From Erysipelothrix inopinata (GTDB lineage: Bacteria; Bacillota_I; Bacilli_A; Erysipelotrichales; Erysipelotrichaceae): a stretch of 32,000 bases of DNA. The notes below the pieces were generated by a model. The model was not told the origin of the DNA and searched no databases. It saw only the letters and a program-made list of their open reading frames with translations. Location of the stretch: the NCBI RefSeq assembly GCF_014396165.1, contig NZ_CP060715.1, positions 1,230,001-1,262,000 on the forward strand. Reading direction: 5' to 3'. Every line of letters starts with the position of its first letter. The first letter of the stretch is position 1. Position numbers and translations under genes: made by a program. Shown here piece after piece: positions 8,941-20,038 of this stretch.

Positions 8941-9562
8941 GATTGATGTCTTAAACCTTGAAGGCAAGAGTCTTCGTACACTTGACTTAAGCGATGCGGT
9001 ATTTGGTATTGAACCAAATAACCAAGCAATCTTTGATGCAGTTGTAATGCAACGTGCTTCAATGCGTCAAGGTACACACTCAACAAAAAACCGTACAGAA
9101 GTTCGCGGTGGTGGACGTAAACCATGGCGTCAAAAAGGAACAGGTCGTGCTCGTCAAGGGTCAATCCGTTCTCCTCAATGGCGTGGTGGTGGAATCGTAT
9201 TCGGTCCTAAACCAAGAAGTTACAAATACAACCTTAACCGTAAGGTTCGTCGTTTAGCATTACGTTCAGCATTATCACAAAAAGTTATCGATACAAATGT
9301 TACAGTTGTTGAAAATCTTGAATTTGCAACAATCAAAACAAAAGATTTCTTAAACGTAATGAGCGCATTAGAATTAAACAACAAGACACTATTTGTAGTA
9401 ACAAATGAAGAAGATGCAACAAACGCATACTTATCAATGCGTAACTTACCAAACACAATGTTATTAAACGTTGAAGGTTTGAATGTTTACGATATTGTTA
9501 ATGCAGATCGTCTTGTATTTACTGAAAAGGCAGCTGCTCAAGCTGGGGAGGTGTTCGCATAA
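8933..9562 (+). CDS. rplD: 50S ribosomal protein L4
   Basis: RGGGRKPWRQKGTGRARQGSIRSPQWRGGG; 8-nt overlap with rplC. Confidence 0.98.
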   Translation: MPKIDVLNLEGKSLRTLDLSDAVFGIEPNNQAIFDAVVMQRASMRQGTHSTKNRTEVRGGGRKPWRQKGTGRARQGSIRSPQWRGGGIVFGPKPRSYKYNLNRKVRRLALRSALSQKVIDTNVTVVENLEFATIKTKDFLNVMSALELNNKTLFVVTNEEDATNAYLSMRNLPNTMLLNVEGLNVYDIVNADRLVFTEKAAAQAGEVFA

Positions 9563-9846
9563 TGAAACGTAACCCTAGAGATATTATCGTTCGCCCAATC
9601 ATCACTGAAAAAACTGTTGCAATGCAACAAGATGATAACAAAGTAACTTTCGAAGTTGCTAAGGGTACAAACAAAATTGAAATTCGTCAAGCAATTGAAG
9701 AAATCTTCAATGTTAAAGTTTCAAAAATCAACGTAGTTACAGTATTACCTAAGAAAAAACGTGTTGGACGTTACGAAGGTAAAACTAAAGGATACCGTAA
9801 AGCAATCGTTAAACTTGCTGAAGGTTCAACAATCGATCTTCTTTAA
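9562..9846 (+). CDS. rplW: 50S ribosomal protein L23
   Basis: IIVRPIITEKT...KINVVTV...GYRKAIVKL; operon position. Confidence 0.97.
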   Translation: MKRNPRDIIVRPIITEKTVAMQQDDNKVTFEVAKGTNKIEIRQAIEEIFNVKVSKINVVTVLPKKKRVGRYEGKTKGYRKAIVKLAEGSTIDLL

Positions 9847-9920
9847 TTAGAAAGTCGGTAAAAATTTATCGGAAGAATTACGCTATTTCCGGACAATTTG
9901 CGTAGGGAGGAAATTTATTA

Positions 9921-10757
9921 ATGGCAATTAAAAAATATAAGCCAACTACTCCTGGACGTCGTGGGATGACTACTCTTGCTAACGAAACGTTATCAAAAAA
10001 TGTTAAACCTGAGCGTTCATTAGTAGCTCCACTTGATAAGACTGGTGGACGTAATAATACAGGTCGTATTACTACACGTCACATCGGTGGTGGACACAAA
10101 CGTCAATACCGTATTATTGACTTCAAACGAAATAAAGATGATATTGCAGGTAAAGTTGCAACTATCGAATATGATCCAAACCGTTCAGCAAACATTGCAT
10201 TATTGCACTATGCTGATGGAGAAAAACGTTACATCTTAGCTCCTAAAGGACTTAAAGTTGGAGACGTAGTATTTAGCGGTTCTGAAGCAGATATCAAAGT
10301 TGGTAATGCTAAAGAATTAAGCCAAATGCCAGAAGGTACAATTATTCATAACATCGAATTAAAACCAGGACGTGGGGCACAATTAGTTCGCTCAGCTGGA
10401 ACATCAGCACAAGTTCTTGGTATTGAAGAACGTTATGTAACAGTTCAACTTGCTTCTGGTGAAGTTCGTAAGATTCTTGGAACTTGCCGTGCAACAATCG
10501 GTGAAGTTGGAAACTCAGAACATTCACTTGTAACAGTTGGTAAAGCAGGTCGTATGCGCCACATGGGCGTTCGTCCAACAGTTCGTGGTTCTGCAATGAA
10601 CCCTGTTGATCACCCTCACGGTGGTGGTGAAGGACGTACACCAATTGGACGTAAATCACCAATGACACCATGGGGCAAAAAAGCTATGGGTGTTAAAACT
10701 CGTAATAAGAAAAAAGCTTCGACAGACTTAATCGTACGTCGTCGTAATGAAAAATAA
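9921..10757 (+). CDS. rplB: 50S ribosomal protein L2
   Basis: [15 protein letters not shown]...[19 protein letters not shown]. Confidence 0.99.
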   Translation: MAIKKYKPTTPGRRGMTTLANETLSKNVKPERSLVAPLDKTGGRNNTGRITTRHIGGGHKRQYRIIDFKRNKDDIAGKVATIEYDPNRSANIALLHYADGEKRYILAPKGLKVGDVVFSGSEADIKVGNAKELSQMPEGTIIHNIELKPGRGAQLVRSAGTSAQVLGIEERYVTVQLASGEVRKILGTCRATIGEVGNSEHSLVTVGKAGRMRHMGVRPTVRGSAMNPVDHPHGGGEGRTPIGRKSPMTPWGKKAMGVKTRNKKKASTDLIVRRRNEK

Positions 10758-10777
10758 ACGAAAGGAAGGAAAGAGAT

Positions 10778-11056
10778 ATGAGTCGTAGTTTAAAAAAAGG
10801 ACCATTTTGTGACCTTCATTTATTGAACAAAGTTGAAAAACTTAATGCAGAAAATAAAAAAGAAGTAATCAAAACATGGTCACGCCGTTCAACTATTTTC
10901 CCTCAATTCGTTGAGCATACGTTTGCGGTACATAATGGTAAAGAACATGTTCCTGTATTTGTTTCAGAAGACATGGTTGGACATAAGTTAGGTGAATTTG
11001 TTCCAACACGTCGTTATACAGGTCACGCAGCTGATAAGAAGGCGGGTCGTAAATAA
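10778..11056 (+). CDS. rpsS: 30S ribosomal protein S19
   Basis: [10 protein letters not shown]...[23 protein letters not shown]. Confidence 0.99.
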   Translation: MSRSLKKGPFCDLHLLNKVEKLNAENKKEVIKTWSRRSTIFPQFVEHTFAVHNGKEHVPVFVSEDMVGHKLGEFVPTRRYTGHAADKKAGRK

Positions 11057-11391
11057 TGGAAGTTAAAGCAATAGCTAAAACAGTACGTGTTACTCCACGT
11101 AAAGCACGTCTAGTACTTGATGAAATTCGTGGACTTGATGTAGATCATGCAGCAGCAATCTTGCAATACACACCTAATGCTGCTTCAGAAGTAATTGCAA
11201 AGGTTTTAAAATCAGCAGTTGCTAACGCTACAAATAACCATCAATTAGAAGAAGAAAAATTGTACATCTCAGCATGCTATGCGGATGAAGGGATGACAAT
11301 GAAACGTTTCAGACCACGTGCTAAGGGGTCTGCAGCGCCAATCATGAAGCGTACGAGCCACATTACTGTTGTGGTTTCGGAACGCGTATAA
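11056..11391 (+). CDS. rplV: 50S ribosomal protein L22
   Basis: [20 protein letters not shown]...RPRAKG; start overlaps the rpsS stop. Confidence 0.98.
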   Translation: MEVKAIAKTVRVTPRKARLVLDEIRGLDVDHAAAILQYTPNAASEVIAKVLKSAVANATNNHQLEEEKLYISACYADEGMTMKRFRPRAKGSAAPIMKRTSHITVVVSERV

Positions 11392-11404
11392 TAGGAGGAT
11401 AAAC

Positions 11405-12181
11405 ATGGGACAAAAAGTACATCCGATCGGTATGCGCGTTGGTGTTATTCGTGATTGGGAATCACGTTGGTATGCAGAAAATGATTTTGCAGAACTATTA
11501 CACGAAGACGTATTAATTCGTGAATATATCTTTAAAAATCTTAAAGATGCATACGTATCACGCGTAGAAATCGAAAGATCAAAAAATCGTGTTGACGTAA
11601 TCATCCGTACAGCTCGCCCAGGAGTTGTTATTGGAGTTAATGGTGCCAACATTGAAAAAACAAAAAAAGACATTGCTAAAATGTCAAAAGGTAACACAGT
11701 AAATATTAAAGTTGTTGAAGTAGCTAACCCGGATTTGGACGCTCACTTAGTAGCTCGTAATATTGCTGAGCAACTTGAACAACGTGCTTCATTTAGAACT
11801 GCACAAAAACGTACAATTCAACGTACAATGCGTTCAGGTGCTAAAGGAATCAAAACTGCTGTTTCAGGACGTCTAGGCGGAGCTGATATGGCACGTTCAG
11901 AAGGATATGCAGAAGGAATCGTTCCTCTTCATACACTTCGTTCAGATATCGACTATGCTCACTATGAAGCAAATACACAATTCGGTATCTTAGGTGTTAA
12001 AGTTTGGATCTGTCGTGGAGAAGTATTACCAGGACAATTAGTTCAAGAACCAGAAGCACCAAAAGGTGGAAAATTTGACCGCCCACGTCGTCGTCGTAAC
12101 GACCGCCGTCAACGCCCACAACAAAATGCTAAACCAGCTGCAAATGCAGGGGAAGCAAAAAACGAGCAAGGAGGTAACTAG
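11405..12181 (+). CDS. rpsC: 30S ribosomal protein S3 with a basic/Pro-rich C-terminal extension
   Basis: [30 protein letters not shown] at 11393-11398 supports the ATG at 11405 rather than the ORF-track start at 11369. Confidence 0.97.
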   Translation: MGQKVHPIGMRVGVIRDWESRWYAENDFAELLHEDVLIREYIFKNLKDAYVSRVEIERSKNRVDVIIRTARPGVVIGVNGANIEKTKKDIAKMSKGNTVNIKVVEVANPDLDAHLVARNIAEQLEQRASFRTAQKRTIQRTMRSGAKGIKTAVSGRLGGADMARSEGYAEGIVPLHTLRSDIDYAHYEANTQFGILGVKVWICRGEVLPGQLVQEPEAPKGGKFDRPRRRRNDRRQRPQQNAKPAANAGEAKNEQGGN

Positions 12182-12183
12182 AC

Positions 12184-12606
12184 ATGTTAATGCCTAAACG
12201 TACGAAATATAGAAAACCACATCGTCTTTCATATGAAGGTCGTTCAAAAGCTGGACGTACTGTTGCCTTTGGCGAATATGGATTAGTTGCTGAATCAGGT
12301 AACTATGTAAGTAACCGTCAAATTGAAGCAGCTCGTATTGCGATGACACGTTATATGAAACGTGGTGGTAAAGTTTGGATTAAGATTTTCCCACACTTAG
12401 CAGTAACTAAAAAACCATTAGAAGTCCGAATGGGATCCGGTAAAGGTTCTCCTGAAGGATGGGTAGCAGTTGTAAAACCAGGACGTGTTATGTTCGAAAT
12501 TGCTGGCGTTCCAGAAGAAGTCGCAAAAGAAGCATTCCGTCTTGCATCACACAAACTCGCTGTTAAAACAAGATTTGTCCGCAAAGGAGAGGAGGAACAA
12601 GTATGA
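12184..12606 (+). CDS. rplP: 50S ribosomal protein L16
   Basis: [14 protein letters not shown]...[25 protein letters not shown]. Confidence 0.99.
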   Translation: MLMPKRTKYRKPHRLSYEGRSKAGRTVAFGEYGLVAESGNYVSNRQIEAARIAMTRYMKRGGKVWIKIFPHLAVTKKPLEVRMGSGKGSPEGWVAVVKPGRVMFEIAGVPEEVAKEAFRLASHKLAVKTRFVRKGEEEQV

Positions 12607-12806
12607 CAAAAATTACAGAAATCCGTGAATTAGAAAACACAGCGCTCTTAGCTGAGATTGATTCATTAAAAGAAGAATTATTCGACTTACGTTTACAACA
12701 AGCAATTGGTCAACTTGAAAATCCTGCTCGATTAAGAGAAATCCGTAAAACGATTGCTCGTATCAAAACAGTAATCACTGAGCGTGAGCTTAGTGACAAT
12801 AAGTAG
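12603..12806 (+). CDS. rpmC: 50S ribosomal protein L29
   Basis: 67 aa; [30 protein letters not shown]; ATGA overlap with rplP. Confidence 0.97.
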   Translation: MTKITEIRELENTALLAEIDSLKEELFDLRLQQAIGQLENPARLREIRKTIARIKTVITERELSDNK

Positions 12807-12820
12807 GAGGTCACAAAGCT

Positions 12821-13081
12821 ATGGAAAGAAATAAACGCAAAGTATACCGTGGTACTGTTGTATCCGATGCAATGGACAAAACGGTAGTAGTAGAAGTTAA
12901 AACATCAAAACGTCATCCATTGTATGGAAAACGTGTTAATTATTCGAAAAAATTCAAGGCTCATGACGAAGCAAACGAATTTGCAACTGGAGATATCGTA
13001 GAAATTATGGAAACTCGTCCATTATCAGCTACAAAACATTTCCGTGTAACTCGCTTGATCGAAAAAGCCGTAGTATTGTAG
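12821..13081 (+). CDS. rpsQ: 30S ribosomal protein S17
   Basis: [21 protein letters not shown]...HPLYGKRV...[11 protein letters not shown]. Confidence 0.98.
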   Translation: MERNKRKVYRGTVVSDAMDKTVVVEVKTSKRHPLYGKRVNYSKKFKAHDEANEFATGDIVEIMETRPLSATKHFRVTRLIEKAVVL

Positions 13082-13093
13082 GAGGTTGTCAGA

Positions 13094-13462
13094 ATGATTT
13101 CAAATGAATCAAGATGTAAAGTCGCAGACAACACCGGAGCTAAGGAAATCTTAGTTATCCGTTCATTAGGTGGTAGCGTTCGCCGTTCATCAAACATTGG
13201 AGACATTGTTGTTGGAACAGTTAAAGTTGCTATTCCTGGTGGAACAGTTAAAAAAGGTGATGTCGTTAAAGCGGTAGTAGTTCGTACAAAATACGGTGTG
13301 CGTCGTGAGAATGGATCATACATCAAATTTGATGACAACGCAGTTGTTATCCTAAAAGATGATATGACACCTCGTGGAACTCGTATTTTTGGACCGGTAG
13401 CACGTGAACTTCGTGAGAAAAACTTCATGAAGATTGTATCGTTGGCTCCGGAAGTGTTATAG
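13094..13462 (+). CDS. rplN: 50S ribosomal protein L14
   Basis: [20 protein letters not shown]...AVVVRTK...[10 protein letters not shown]. Confidence 0.99.
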   Translation: MISNESRCKVADNTGAKEILVIRSLGGSVRRSSNIGDIVVGTVKVAIPGGTVKKGDVVKAVVVRTKYGVRRENGSYIKFDDNAVVILKDDMTPRGTRIFGPVARELREKNFMKIVSLAPEVL

Positions 13463-13472
13463 GGAGGCTTTT

Positions 13473-13781
13473 ATGAAAATCAAACGTAATGATAAAGTTC
13501 AAATAATTACTGGATCTTACAAAGGCACCATTGGTGAGGTCATTGAAGTCCTACCTAAACAAAACAAAGTTAAGGTTGAAGGTGTTAGCTTAGTTAAGAA
13601 ACACATGAAACCTAACCAAATGAATCCAGATGGTGGAATTATTGAACAAGAAGCATGGATTCATGTTTCTAACGTAGCACTATACGATCCAAAAGCTAAG
13701 GCTCCAAGTCGTGTAGGTTACAAAGATGAAAAAGGTAAAAAAGTTCGTGTCTACAAAAAATCAGGCACTATCGTTAAATAA
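13473..13781 (+). CDS. rplX: 50S ribosomal protein L24
   Basis: MKIKRNDKVQIITGSYKGTIGEV (KOW motif). GGGAGG at 13462-13467 supports the ATG at 13473. Confidence 0.97.
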   Translation: MKIKRNDKVQIITGSYKGTIGEVIEVLPKQNKVKVEGVSLVKKHMKPNQMNPDGGIIEQEAWIHVSNVALYDPKAKAPSRVGYKDEKGKKVRVYKKSGTIVK

Positions 13782-13795
13782 GGAGGTATAGATAA

Positions 13796-14341
13796 ATGAA
13801 CTTAAAAGAACAATATACAACTCAAGTTATTGAAACTCTAGTTAAAGAATTTAACTATACTTCAGTAATGCAAGTTCCAAAACTTGAAAAAATCGTAGTT
13901 AACATGGGTGTTGGTGATGCAATCAGCAATGCTAAAGTGTTAGAAGATGCTGTTAATGATTTAACAATCATCACAGGTCAAAAACCAGTAGTTACAAAAG
14001 CTAAAAAATCAATTGCTAACTTCAAATTACGTGAAGAAATGCCAATTGGTACAAAAGTTACACTACGTGGTGAAAAAATGTACGATTTCTTAGAAAAATT
14101 AATTAAAGTTGCACTTCCTCGTGTACGTGACTTCCGTGGTATTCCTGGTGGAGCATTCGATGGACGTGGAAACTATACACTTGGTATCAAGGAACAATTA
14201 ATTTTCCCAGAAATTGATTACGATAAAGTAAACAAAGTTCGCGGTATGGACATTACAATTGTGACTACAGCGAAATCAGATCAAGAAGGTTATGCTTTAC
14301 TTAGAGAGTTAGGCATGCCATTCAAGAAGGAGGGTAACTAA
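13796..14341 (+). CDS. rplE: 50S ribosomal protein L5
   Basis: [16 protein letters not shown]...[30 protein letters not shown]. Confidence 0.99.
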   Translation: MNLKEQYTTQVIETLVKEFNYTSVMQVPKLEKIVVNMGVGDAISNAKVLEDAVNDLTIITGQKPVVTKAKKSIANFKLREEMPIGTKVTLRGEKMYDFLEKLIKVALPRVRDFRGIPGGAFDGRGNYTLGIKEQLIFPEIDYDKVNKVRGMDITIVTTAKSDQEGYALLRELGMPFKKEGN

Positions 14342-14610
14342 TGGCTAAAAAATCAAAGATTGCTCGTCAAAAACAACGTGAAGAAGTCGTAGCACGCTAC
14401 GCTGATAAACGCGCTCAGTTAAAAGCTGAAGGCGACTATATTGGATTACAAAAATTGCCACGTGATGCTTCACCTGTTCGTCTACACAACCGTGATAAGG
14501 TTGATGGACGCCCTCGCGGTTATTTACGTAAATATGGAATGTCTCGTATTCGCTTCCGTGAATTAGCTCATAAAGGGCAAATTCCTGGCGTACGCAAGGC
14601 AAGCTGGTAG
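14341..14610 (+). CDS. rpsN: 30S ribosomal protein S14, long zinc-independent (C-minus) form
   Basis: 89 aa with no CxxC pairs. ...[19 protein letters not shown] resembles the B. subtilis YhzA-type paralog rather than the 61-aa type-Z form. Confidence 0.97.
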   Translation: MAKKSKIARQKQREEVVARYADKRAQLKAEGDYIGLQKLPRDASPVRLHNRDKVDGRPRGYLRKYGMSRIRFRELAHKGQIPGVRKASW

Positions 14611-14631
14611 TTAAAGGAGGAGCTTTTCAAA

Positions 14632-15030
14632 ATGTATGTAACAGATCCAATTGCGGATTTCCTTACTCGTGTTCGTAATGCTATTCAAGCAAAACACGAT
14701 ATTGTAGAGATCCCAGCAAGTAAAGAAAAAGAAGAAATAGCTAGAATTTTGAAACAAGAAGGTTTCATCCGTGACTACCTTGTTTCCGGTGAAGGAACTA
14801 AAAAGAGCATTACTGTTGTTCTTAAATATGGTCCTAACGGAGAACGCGTAATTAGCGGTTTAAAACGTATTTCAAAACCTGGTAAACGTGTATACGCAAA
14901 AGTGGACGAAATTCCTCGCGTATTAAACGGATTAGGAATTGCAATTATTACAACATCTGACGGAATGCTAACAGATAAACAAGCACGTGCAAAACACGTT
15001 GGTGGTGAAGTGTTAGCTTACGTTTGGTAA
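14632..15030 (+). CDS. rpsH: 30S ribosomal protein S8
   Basis: [13 protein letters not shown]...[33 protein letters not shown]. Confidence 0.99.
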   Translation: MYVTDPIADFLTRVRNAIQAKHDIVEIPASKEKEEIARILKQEGFIRDYLVSGEGTKKSITVVLKYGPNGERVISGLKRISKPGKRVYAKVDEIPRVLNGLGIAIITTSDGMLTDKQARAKHVGGEVLAYVW

Positions 15031-15043
15031 GAGAGGAGACACT

Positions 15044-15589
15044 ATGTCACGTATCGGAAATAAAACGATTACCATTCCGGCTGGCGTTGAAGTCGATGTA
15101 AAAGCTGGCAATGAGGTGACAGTCAAGGGTCCTAAAGGAACTTTAACTCGTCAGTTCAATGAAGTTTATACAATCGAAGTCGCTGAAGGCGAAATCAATG
15201 TTAAACGTCCGAATGATACAAAAGCAGTAAAACAATTACATGGAACAACTCGCTCATTAGTTGCTAATATGATCGAAGGTGTTCACGAAGGATTTAAGAA
15301 AGAACTTGAGTTAGTTGGTATCGGGTATCGTGCATCTAAGTCAGGAAACACATTAGTCTTGAATGTTGGATACTCACATCCAATCGAGTTTGAAGTTGAA
15401 GAAGGTCTTGAAGTTGAAGTACCAAGTGCAACATCAATTATCGTTTCAGGAATTGACAAACAAATGGTAGGAGAGCTCGCTGCAAATATTCGTGCTACTC
15501 GTAAACCAGAACCATATCTTGGAAAAGGTATTAAATACAAAAATGAAGTTATCCGTCGTAAAGAGGGTAAAACTGCAGCTAAGAAATAG
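15044..15589 (+). CDS. rplF: 50S ribosomal protein L6
   Basis: [17 protein letters not shown]...LVGIGYRA...[11 protein letters not shown]. Confidence 0.99.
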   Translation: MSRIGNKTITIPAGVEVDVKAGNEVTVKGPKGTLTRQFNEVYTIEVAEGEINVKRPNDTKAVKQLHGTTRSLVANMIEGVHEGFKKELELVGIGYRASKSGNTLVLNVGYSHPIEFEVEEGLEVEVPSATSIIVSGIDKQMVGELAANIRATRKPEPYLGKGIKYKNEVIRRKEGKTAAKK

Positions 15590-15610
15590 TGGGAAAGGAG
15601 AAATTGAACG

Positions 15611-15967
15611 ATGGCAAAGAAATTATCTAGAAATCAAGAACGAGTTCGTCGTCATGCTCGAGTTCGTCGTAAAGTCAGTGGAACGCAAGAACGCCCACGT
15701 CTTAGCGTGTACAGATCAAATAGCCACATCAATGTACAAATCATTGATGATGTTGCTAAAGAAACATTGGTTTCAACAGGATCAGTACAATTGAAACTCG
15801 AAAATGGTGGAAACATTGAAGCAGCAACTAAAGTTGGTGCAGAAGTAGCTAAATTAGCTAAAGACAAAGGAATTACTAAGGTTGTATTCGACCGTGGAGG
15901 TTATATCTACCACGGACGTGTTCAAGCCCTAGCAGAAGCAGCTCGTGAAGCTGGACTAGAGTTTTAA
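15611..15967 (+). CDS. rplR: 50S ribosomal protein L18
   Basis: [34 protein letters not shown]...[26 protein letters not shown]. Confidence 0.99.
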   Translation: MAKKLSRNQERVRRHARVRRKVSGTQERPRLSVYRSNSHINVQIIDDVAKETLVSTGSVQLKLENGGNIEAATKVGAEVAKLAKDKGITKVVFDRGGYIYHGRVQALAEAAREAGLEF

Positions 15968-15976
15968 AGGAGGCGC

Positions 15977-16486
15977 ATGATGAATCGTAAACCAAAAAGA
16001 GAACAACGTGAACAAGAATTTGAAGAACGTGTTGTTGTCATCAATCGTGTAACTAAGGTAGTTAAAGGTGGACGTCGTTTCCGCTTCGCAGCTCTAGTTG
16101 TCGTTGGTGATAAAAAAGGACGCGTTGGATTTGGAACAGGTAAAGCAAATGAAGTTCCAGATGCAATCCGTAAAGCAGTTGAAAGTGCTAAAAAGAACCT
16201 AATTACTGTAGACTTAGTAAATGGTACATTACCACATGCTAACACAGGAAACTTCGGTGCTGGAGAAGTATTCGTACGTCCTGCATCAGAAGGTACTGGA
16301 GTTATCGCTGGTGGTGCAATCCGTGACATTATGGAATTAGCTGGTGTTACAGATGTTCTTACAAAATGCATTGGTTCCCGTACACCAATCAACATGGTTC
16401 GTGCAACATTTGATGCACTTGAAACAATGAAAACTGTTGATGAAGTTGCGAAATTAAGAGAAATTAAAGTCGAAGACGTACGATAG
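15977..16486 (+). CDS. rpsE: 30S ribosomal protein S5
   Basis: [26 protein letters not shown]...GTGVIAGG. Tandem ATGs at 15977 and 15980; AAGGAGG at 15967-15973 slightly favours the second. Confidence 0.98.
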   Translation: MMNRKPKREQREQEFEERVVVINRVTKVVKGGRRFRFAALVVVGDKKGRVGFGTGKANEVPDAIRKAVESAKKNLITVDLVNGTLPHANTGNFGAGEVFVRPASEGTGVIAGGAIRDIMELAGVTDVLTKCIGSRTPINMVRATFDALETMKTVDEVAKLREIKVEDVR

Positions 16487-16495
16487 GAGGCCTTT

Positions 16496-16936
16496 ATGAA
16501 ATTACATGAATTAAAATATAATGAAGGTGCACGTCAAGATCGTAAACGTCTTGGACGTGGTCATGGTTCAGGTACAGGTAAAACTTCAGGTAAAGGTCAC
16601 AAAGGGCAAAATGCTCGTAGTGGCGGTGGAGTAGCACTTGGATTTGAAGGGGGCCAAACACCTTTATTCAAACGTATTCCAAAACGTGGATTTAAAAACG
16701 TTAACCGTGTTGAGTATGCAGTAGTTAATCTATCATCATTGAACGTGTTCGAAGATGGCGCAGAAGTTACAATTGCAGAACTTAAAGCAAAAGGAATCGT
16801 AAAAAACACACTTGACGGAGTTAAAGTACTTGGTCAAGGAGAATTAGAGAAAAAATTAACTGTTAAAGTTAACGCATTCTCAAAATCAGCAATTGAAAGC
16901 ATTGAAAAAATGGGTGGAAAAGCAGAGGTGATCTAA
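16496..16936 (+). CDS. rplO: 50S ribosomal protein L15
   Basis: [38 protein letters not shown]; starts 9 nt after rpsE, so no rpmD lies between them. Confidence 0.98.
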   Translation: MKLHELKYNEGARQDRKRLGRGHGSGTGKTSGKGHKGQNARSGGGVALGFEGGQTPLFKRIPKRGFKNVNRVEYAVVNLSSLNVFEDGAEVTIAELKAKGIVKNTLDGVKVLGQGELEKKLTVKVNAFSKSAIESIEKMGGKAEVI

Positions 16937-18243
16937 TGAGATTATTCACTGATTTATTCAAAAATAAGGAAATCAGAGTAAGAATCATTTTCACACTTGC
17001 AATGCTACTTGTCTATCGTTTAGGAACAGTAATCCCTGTTCCTAATGTTGATAGTGTAAAGCTTGCAGGAATGGCCGCTAGTTTAGAGTCTAATTCTTTA
17101 GTTGGAATGATGAATATTCTAGGTGGAGGTATGCTCCAATCACTATCAATCTTTGCATTGGGTGTTGGTCCATATATCACCGCATCAATTATCATACAAT
17201 TATTATCCATGGACGTTATTCCTTACTTGACTGAATTATCAAAATCTGGTCAAAAAGGAAAAATGCAATTGGACAAGATTACACGTTATTTAGGTGTGGT
17301 ACTTGCTTATGTCCAAGCAATTGGAATGGTAAGCATTTTCCAAAATCAATATTCAATACTTTTAAGTAGTACACCTGCCGATTACTTCTTCATGGGTACC
17401 ATCATGGCTGCGGGAACAATGTTCCTATTGTGGCTTGGTGACCAAATTACTCAAAAAGGGGTCGGTAATGGGTTGTCATTAATTATCTTTGCAGGTATCG
17501 TTTCTAGTCTACCTAAGACATTTATCGATACATGGTCAACAATGACTGTTGCTAAAGATGTTGCTGGATATTTATGGTTTGCCCTATTTGTTGTATCCTA
17601 CATTGCAATTATTGTATTAGTTATCTTCATGAACAACGCTGTTCGTAAGATTTCAATTCAATACACATCAAATGTAGCTGGTGCAGGTCGTGGTAAATCA
17701 ATGAATCATCTACCATTAATGATCAACTCAGCATCCGTTATTCCTGTGATTTTCGCAGGAGCAATTATGAATGCACCTATCATTGCATTAAGCTGGTTTA
17801 ACCAAGGTTCTGTTTATCAATTCTTGAATAAATGGTTATCCTTACAAAATGGTGGTCCAGTTGCATTGACAGTATATGCATTACTCATTATTGCATTTAC
17901 CTTCTTCTACACTAATTTACAGGTTGATCCTGAAAAACTAGCTGAAGATTTTGGTAAAAATGGTTCATACATTCCTGGCGTTCGTCCTGGAAAAGATACC
18001 AAAAATTACATCAGTACAATTCTTAACCGTATTACTGTATTAGGAGCATTGTTCTTAACATTCATTGCGCTTCTACCACATATTATGCCAATCATTACCT
18101 TTGGTAATATTCCATCATCTACAGCATTAGGTGGAACTGGTATCATTATCGTTGTCGGGGTTGCTCTTGAAACTGTGAAAGAGCTCGAAGGACGTTTAAC
18201 ACAACGTTCTTATACAGCATACAAAGGGTTATTCAACCGATAG
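16936..18243 (+). CDS. secY: Preprotein translocase subunit SecY
   Basis: 435 aa, 10-TM profile; LGVGPYITASIIIQLL, WLGDQITQKGVGNG; conserved position. Confidence 0.98.
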   Translation: MRLFTDLFKNKEIRVRIIFTLAMLLVYRLGTVIPVPNVDSVKLAGMAASLESNSLVGMMNILGGGMLQSLSIFALGVGPYITASIIIQLLSMDVIPYLTELSKSGQKGKMQLDKITRYLGVVLAYVQAIGMVSIFQNQYSILLSSTPADYFFMGTIMAAGTMFLLWLGDQITQKGVGNGLSLIIFAGIVSSLPKTFIDTWSTMTVAKDVAGYLWFALFVVSYIAIIVLVIFMNNAVRKISIQYTSNVAGAGRGKSMNHLPLMINSASVIPVIFAGAIMNAPIIALSWFNQGSVYQFLNKWLSLQNGGPVALTVYALLIIAFTFFYTNLQVDPEKLAEDFGKNGSYIPGVRPGKDTKNYISTILNRITVLGALFLTFIALLPHIMPIITFGNIPSSTALGGTGIIIVVGVALETVKELEGRLTQRSYTAYKGLFNR

Positions 18244-18252
18244 GAGGAACTT

Positions 18253-18900
18253 ATGAATTTATTAATTATGGGTCCTGCTGGAAGTGGAAAAGGAACAATG
18301 TCTGCACAAATCGTGAAAGACTTTGATATTACTCATGTTTCAACGGGAGATATGTTTAGAGATGCAATCTCTAAACAAACCCCAGTTGGACTTGAAGCAA
18401 AATCATTCATTGATCAAGGTAAACTTGTACCAGACAGTGTTACCGATCGTATGGTAAAAGAACGTATTTCTCAAGACGATTGTCTTAAAGGGTACTTATT
18501 AGATGGCTACCCAAGAAATTTAGGACAAGCTAATGCTCTTGATGAAATCACAAAAGAAATTAATCGTCCAATCGATTTAGTAATTAACCTAGTTGTTGAT
18601 TATGAACAACTCGTTTCGCGAATTACAGGTCGTCGTATCTGTAAAGAGTGTGGTGCGATTTATCATATTGATAATAATCCGCCTAAAGTAGAATCTGTTT
18701 GTGATATTTGTGGTGGTGAACTCTATCAAAGAAGTGACGATACTGAAGAAAAACTTGCAGTACGTTACCAAGAGTATAAAAATTTAACAGAACCTGTCAT
18801 CGATTATTATCGTGAAAAAGGTTTAGTTCATGATGTGAATGCATCTCAAGACGCAGAAGCAGTTATGAACGATATAAGAATCATATTGGAGGCGGTTTAA
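18253..18900 (+). CDS. adk: Adenylate kinase (Cys4 zinc-lid type)
   Basis: P-loop GPAGSGKGT; lid CKECG...CDICGG; DGYPR. Confidence 0.98.
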   Translation: MNLLIMGPAGSGKGTMSAQIVKDFDITHVSTGDMFRDAISKQTPVGLEAKSFIDQGKLVPDSVTDRMVKERISQDDCLKGYLLDGYPRNLGQANALDEITKEINRPIDLVINLVVDYEQLVSRITGRRICKECGAIYHIDNNPPKVESVCDICGGELYQRSDDTEEKLAVRYQEYKNLTEPVIDYYREKGLVHDVNASQDAEAVMNDIRIILEAV

Positions 18901-19667
18901 TGATATCAACCAAGTCTGAACGTGAATTAGATTTAATGCGTGAAGCAGGACGAATTGCATTCGAAGCACAAGAAATTGTCAAGGAAGCAATCAAACCTGG
19001 CGTATCTACAAAATATTTAGATAGCTTAGCCGAAGCGTATATACTAACTCAAGGTGCAACACCAGCGTTTCTTGGTTATGAAGGATTTACCGGTTCAATA
19101 TGTGCTTCAATAAATGATGTTTTAGTTCATGGAATCCCAAGTTCTGAAGTAATTCTTAAAGAAGGCGACATCATTACAATCGATGTTGGTGCCATTTATA
19201 AAGGTTACTATAGTGATCATGCTTGGACTTATCCCGTTGGTGAGATAAGTGAGGAAGCTAAACAGTTATTAAAAGTAGCTGAAGAATCATTATTTGCAGG
19301 TATTGAAGCTGCTATTGCAGGGAATCGTGTAGGGGATATAGGGCATGCAGTCATGTCAGTAGTAGAGCCTCATGGTTATGGACTTCCTGTTGAGTATTCA
19401 GGCCACGGGCTTGGAACCTCGATGCATGAAGCACCATTCGTTCCAAATGTTGGAAACCCTGGAAAAGGTGTGCTGTTACGCAAAAATATGGTAATTGCAA
19501 TTGAACCTATGGTTCAAATTGGAACAAATAAAATCGCAGTTCTGGATGATGAATGGACAGTGGTTTCGGAAGACCGATCACTTACTGCACATTTTGAACA
19601 CAGTGTCGCTGTTTTAGATAATGGCTTTGAAATACTAACGAGAACAAAGGAGGCTTACAAGCACTAA
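18900..19667 (+). CDS. map: Type I methionine aminopeptidase
   Basis: [29 protein letters not shown]; conserved position after adk. Confidence 0.97.
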   Translation: MISTKSERELDLMREAGRIAFEAQEIVKEAIKPGVSTKYLDSLAEAYILTQGATPAFLGYEGFTGSICASINDVLVHGIPSSEVILKEGDIITIDVGAIYKGYYSDHAWTYPVGEISEEAKQLLKVAEESLFAGIEAAIAGNRVGDIGHAVMSVVEPHGYGLPVEYSGHGLGTSMHEAPFVPNVGNPGKGVLLRKNMVIAIEPMVQIGTNKIAVLDDEWTVVSEDRSLTAHFEHSVAVLDNGFEILTRTKEAYKH

Positions 19668-19885
19668 TGAGCAAAGAAAATGTCATAGAAGTTGAAGGAG
19701 TAGTTCTTGATACATTGCCAGGAGCAATGTTTAAGGTGGAACTCAGTAATGGTCATGAAATTTTAGCTCACGTATCTGGTAAAATCCGTATGCACTACAT
19801 TCGCATTTTACCGGGAGACCGCGTGACTGTTGAGATTTCGCCTTACGATTTATCACGTGGGCGCATTACATTTAGACATAAATAA
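19667..19885 (+). CDS. infA: Translation initiation factor IF-1
   Basis: 72 aa; [53 protein letters not shown]. Confidence 0.99.
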   Translation: MSKENVIEVEGVVLDTLPGAMFKVELSNGHEILAHVSGKIRMHYIRILPGDRVTVEISPYDLSRGRITFRHK

Positions 19886-19909
19886 GATAGTTTTAGGAGG
19901 ATAATACTA

Positions 19910-20023
19910 ATGAAAGTAAGACCATCTGTAAAACCAATGTGTGAAAAATGTAGAGTTATTCGACGCAAAGGTAAAGTAATGATTATTTGTGAAAATCCAA
20001 AACACAAACAAAGACAAGGATAG
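19910..20023 (+). CDS. rpmJ: 50S ribosomal protein L36 (zinc-ribbon C-plus form)
   Basis: Absent from the ORF track (37 aa); translated by hand as [43 protein letters not shown] at 19895-19900. Confidence 0.97.
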   Translation: MKVRPSVKPMCEKCRVIRRKGKVMIICENPKHKQRQG

Positions 20024-20038
20024 GAGGACGTACATTTA

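Noticed and set aside
9847-9920. Unusually long (74-nt) spacer between rplW and rplB, with the stem TACGC (9879-9883) / GCGTA (9900-9904).
   Set aside because: The stem is only 5-6 bp around a 16-nt loop, with no T-tract and no promoter-like hexamers. It is most simply a spacer carrying the rplB RBS (GGGAGG 9905-9910).
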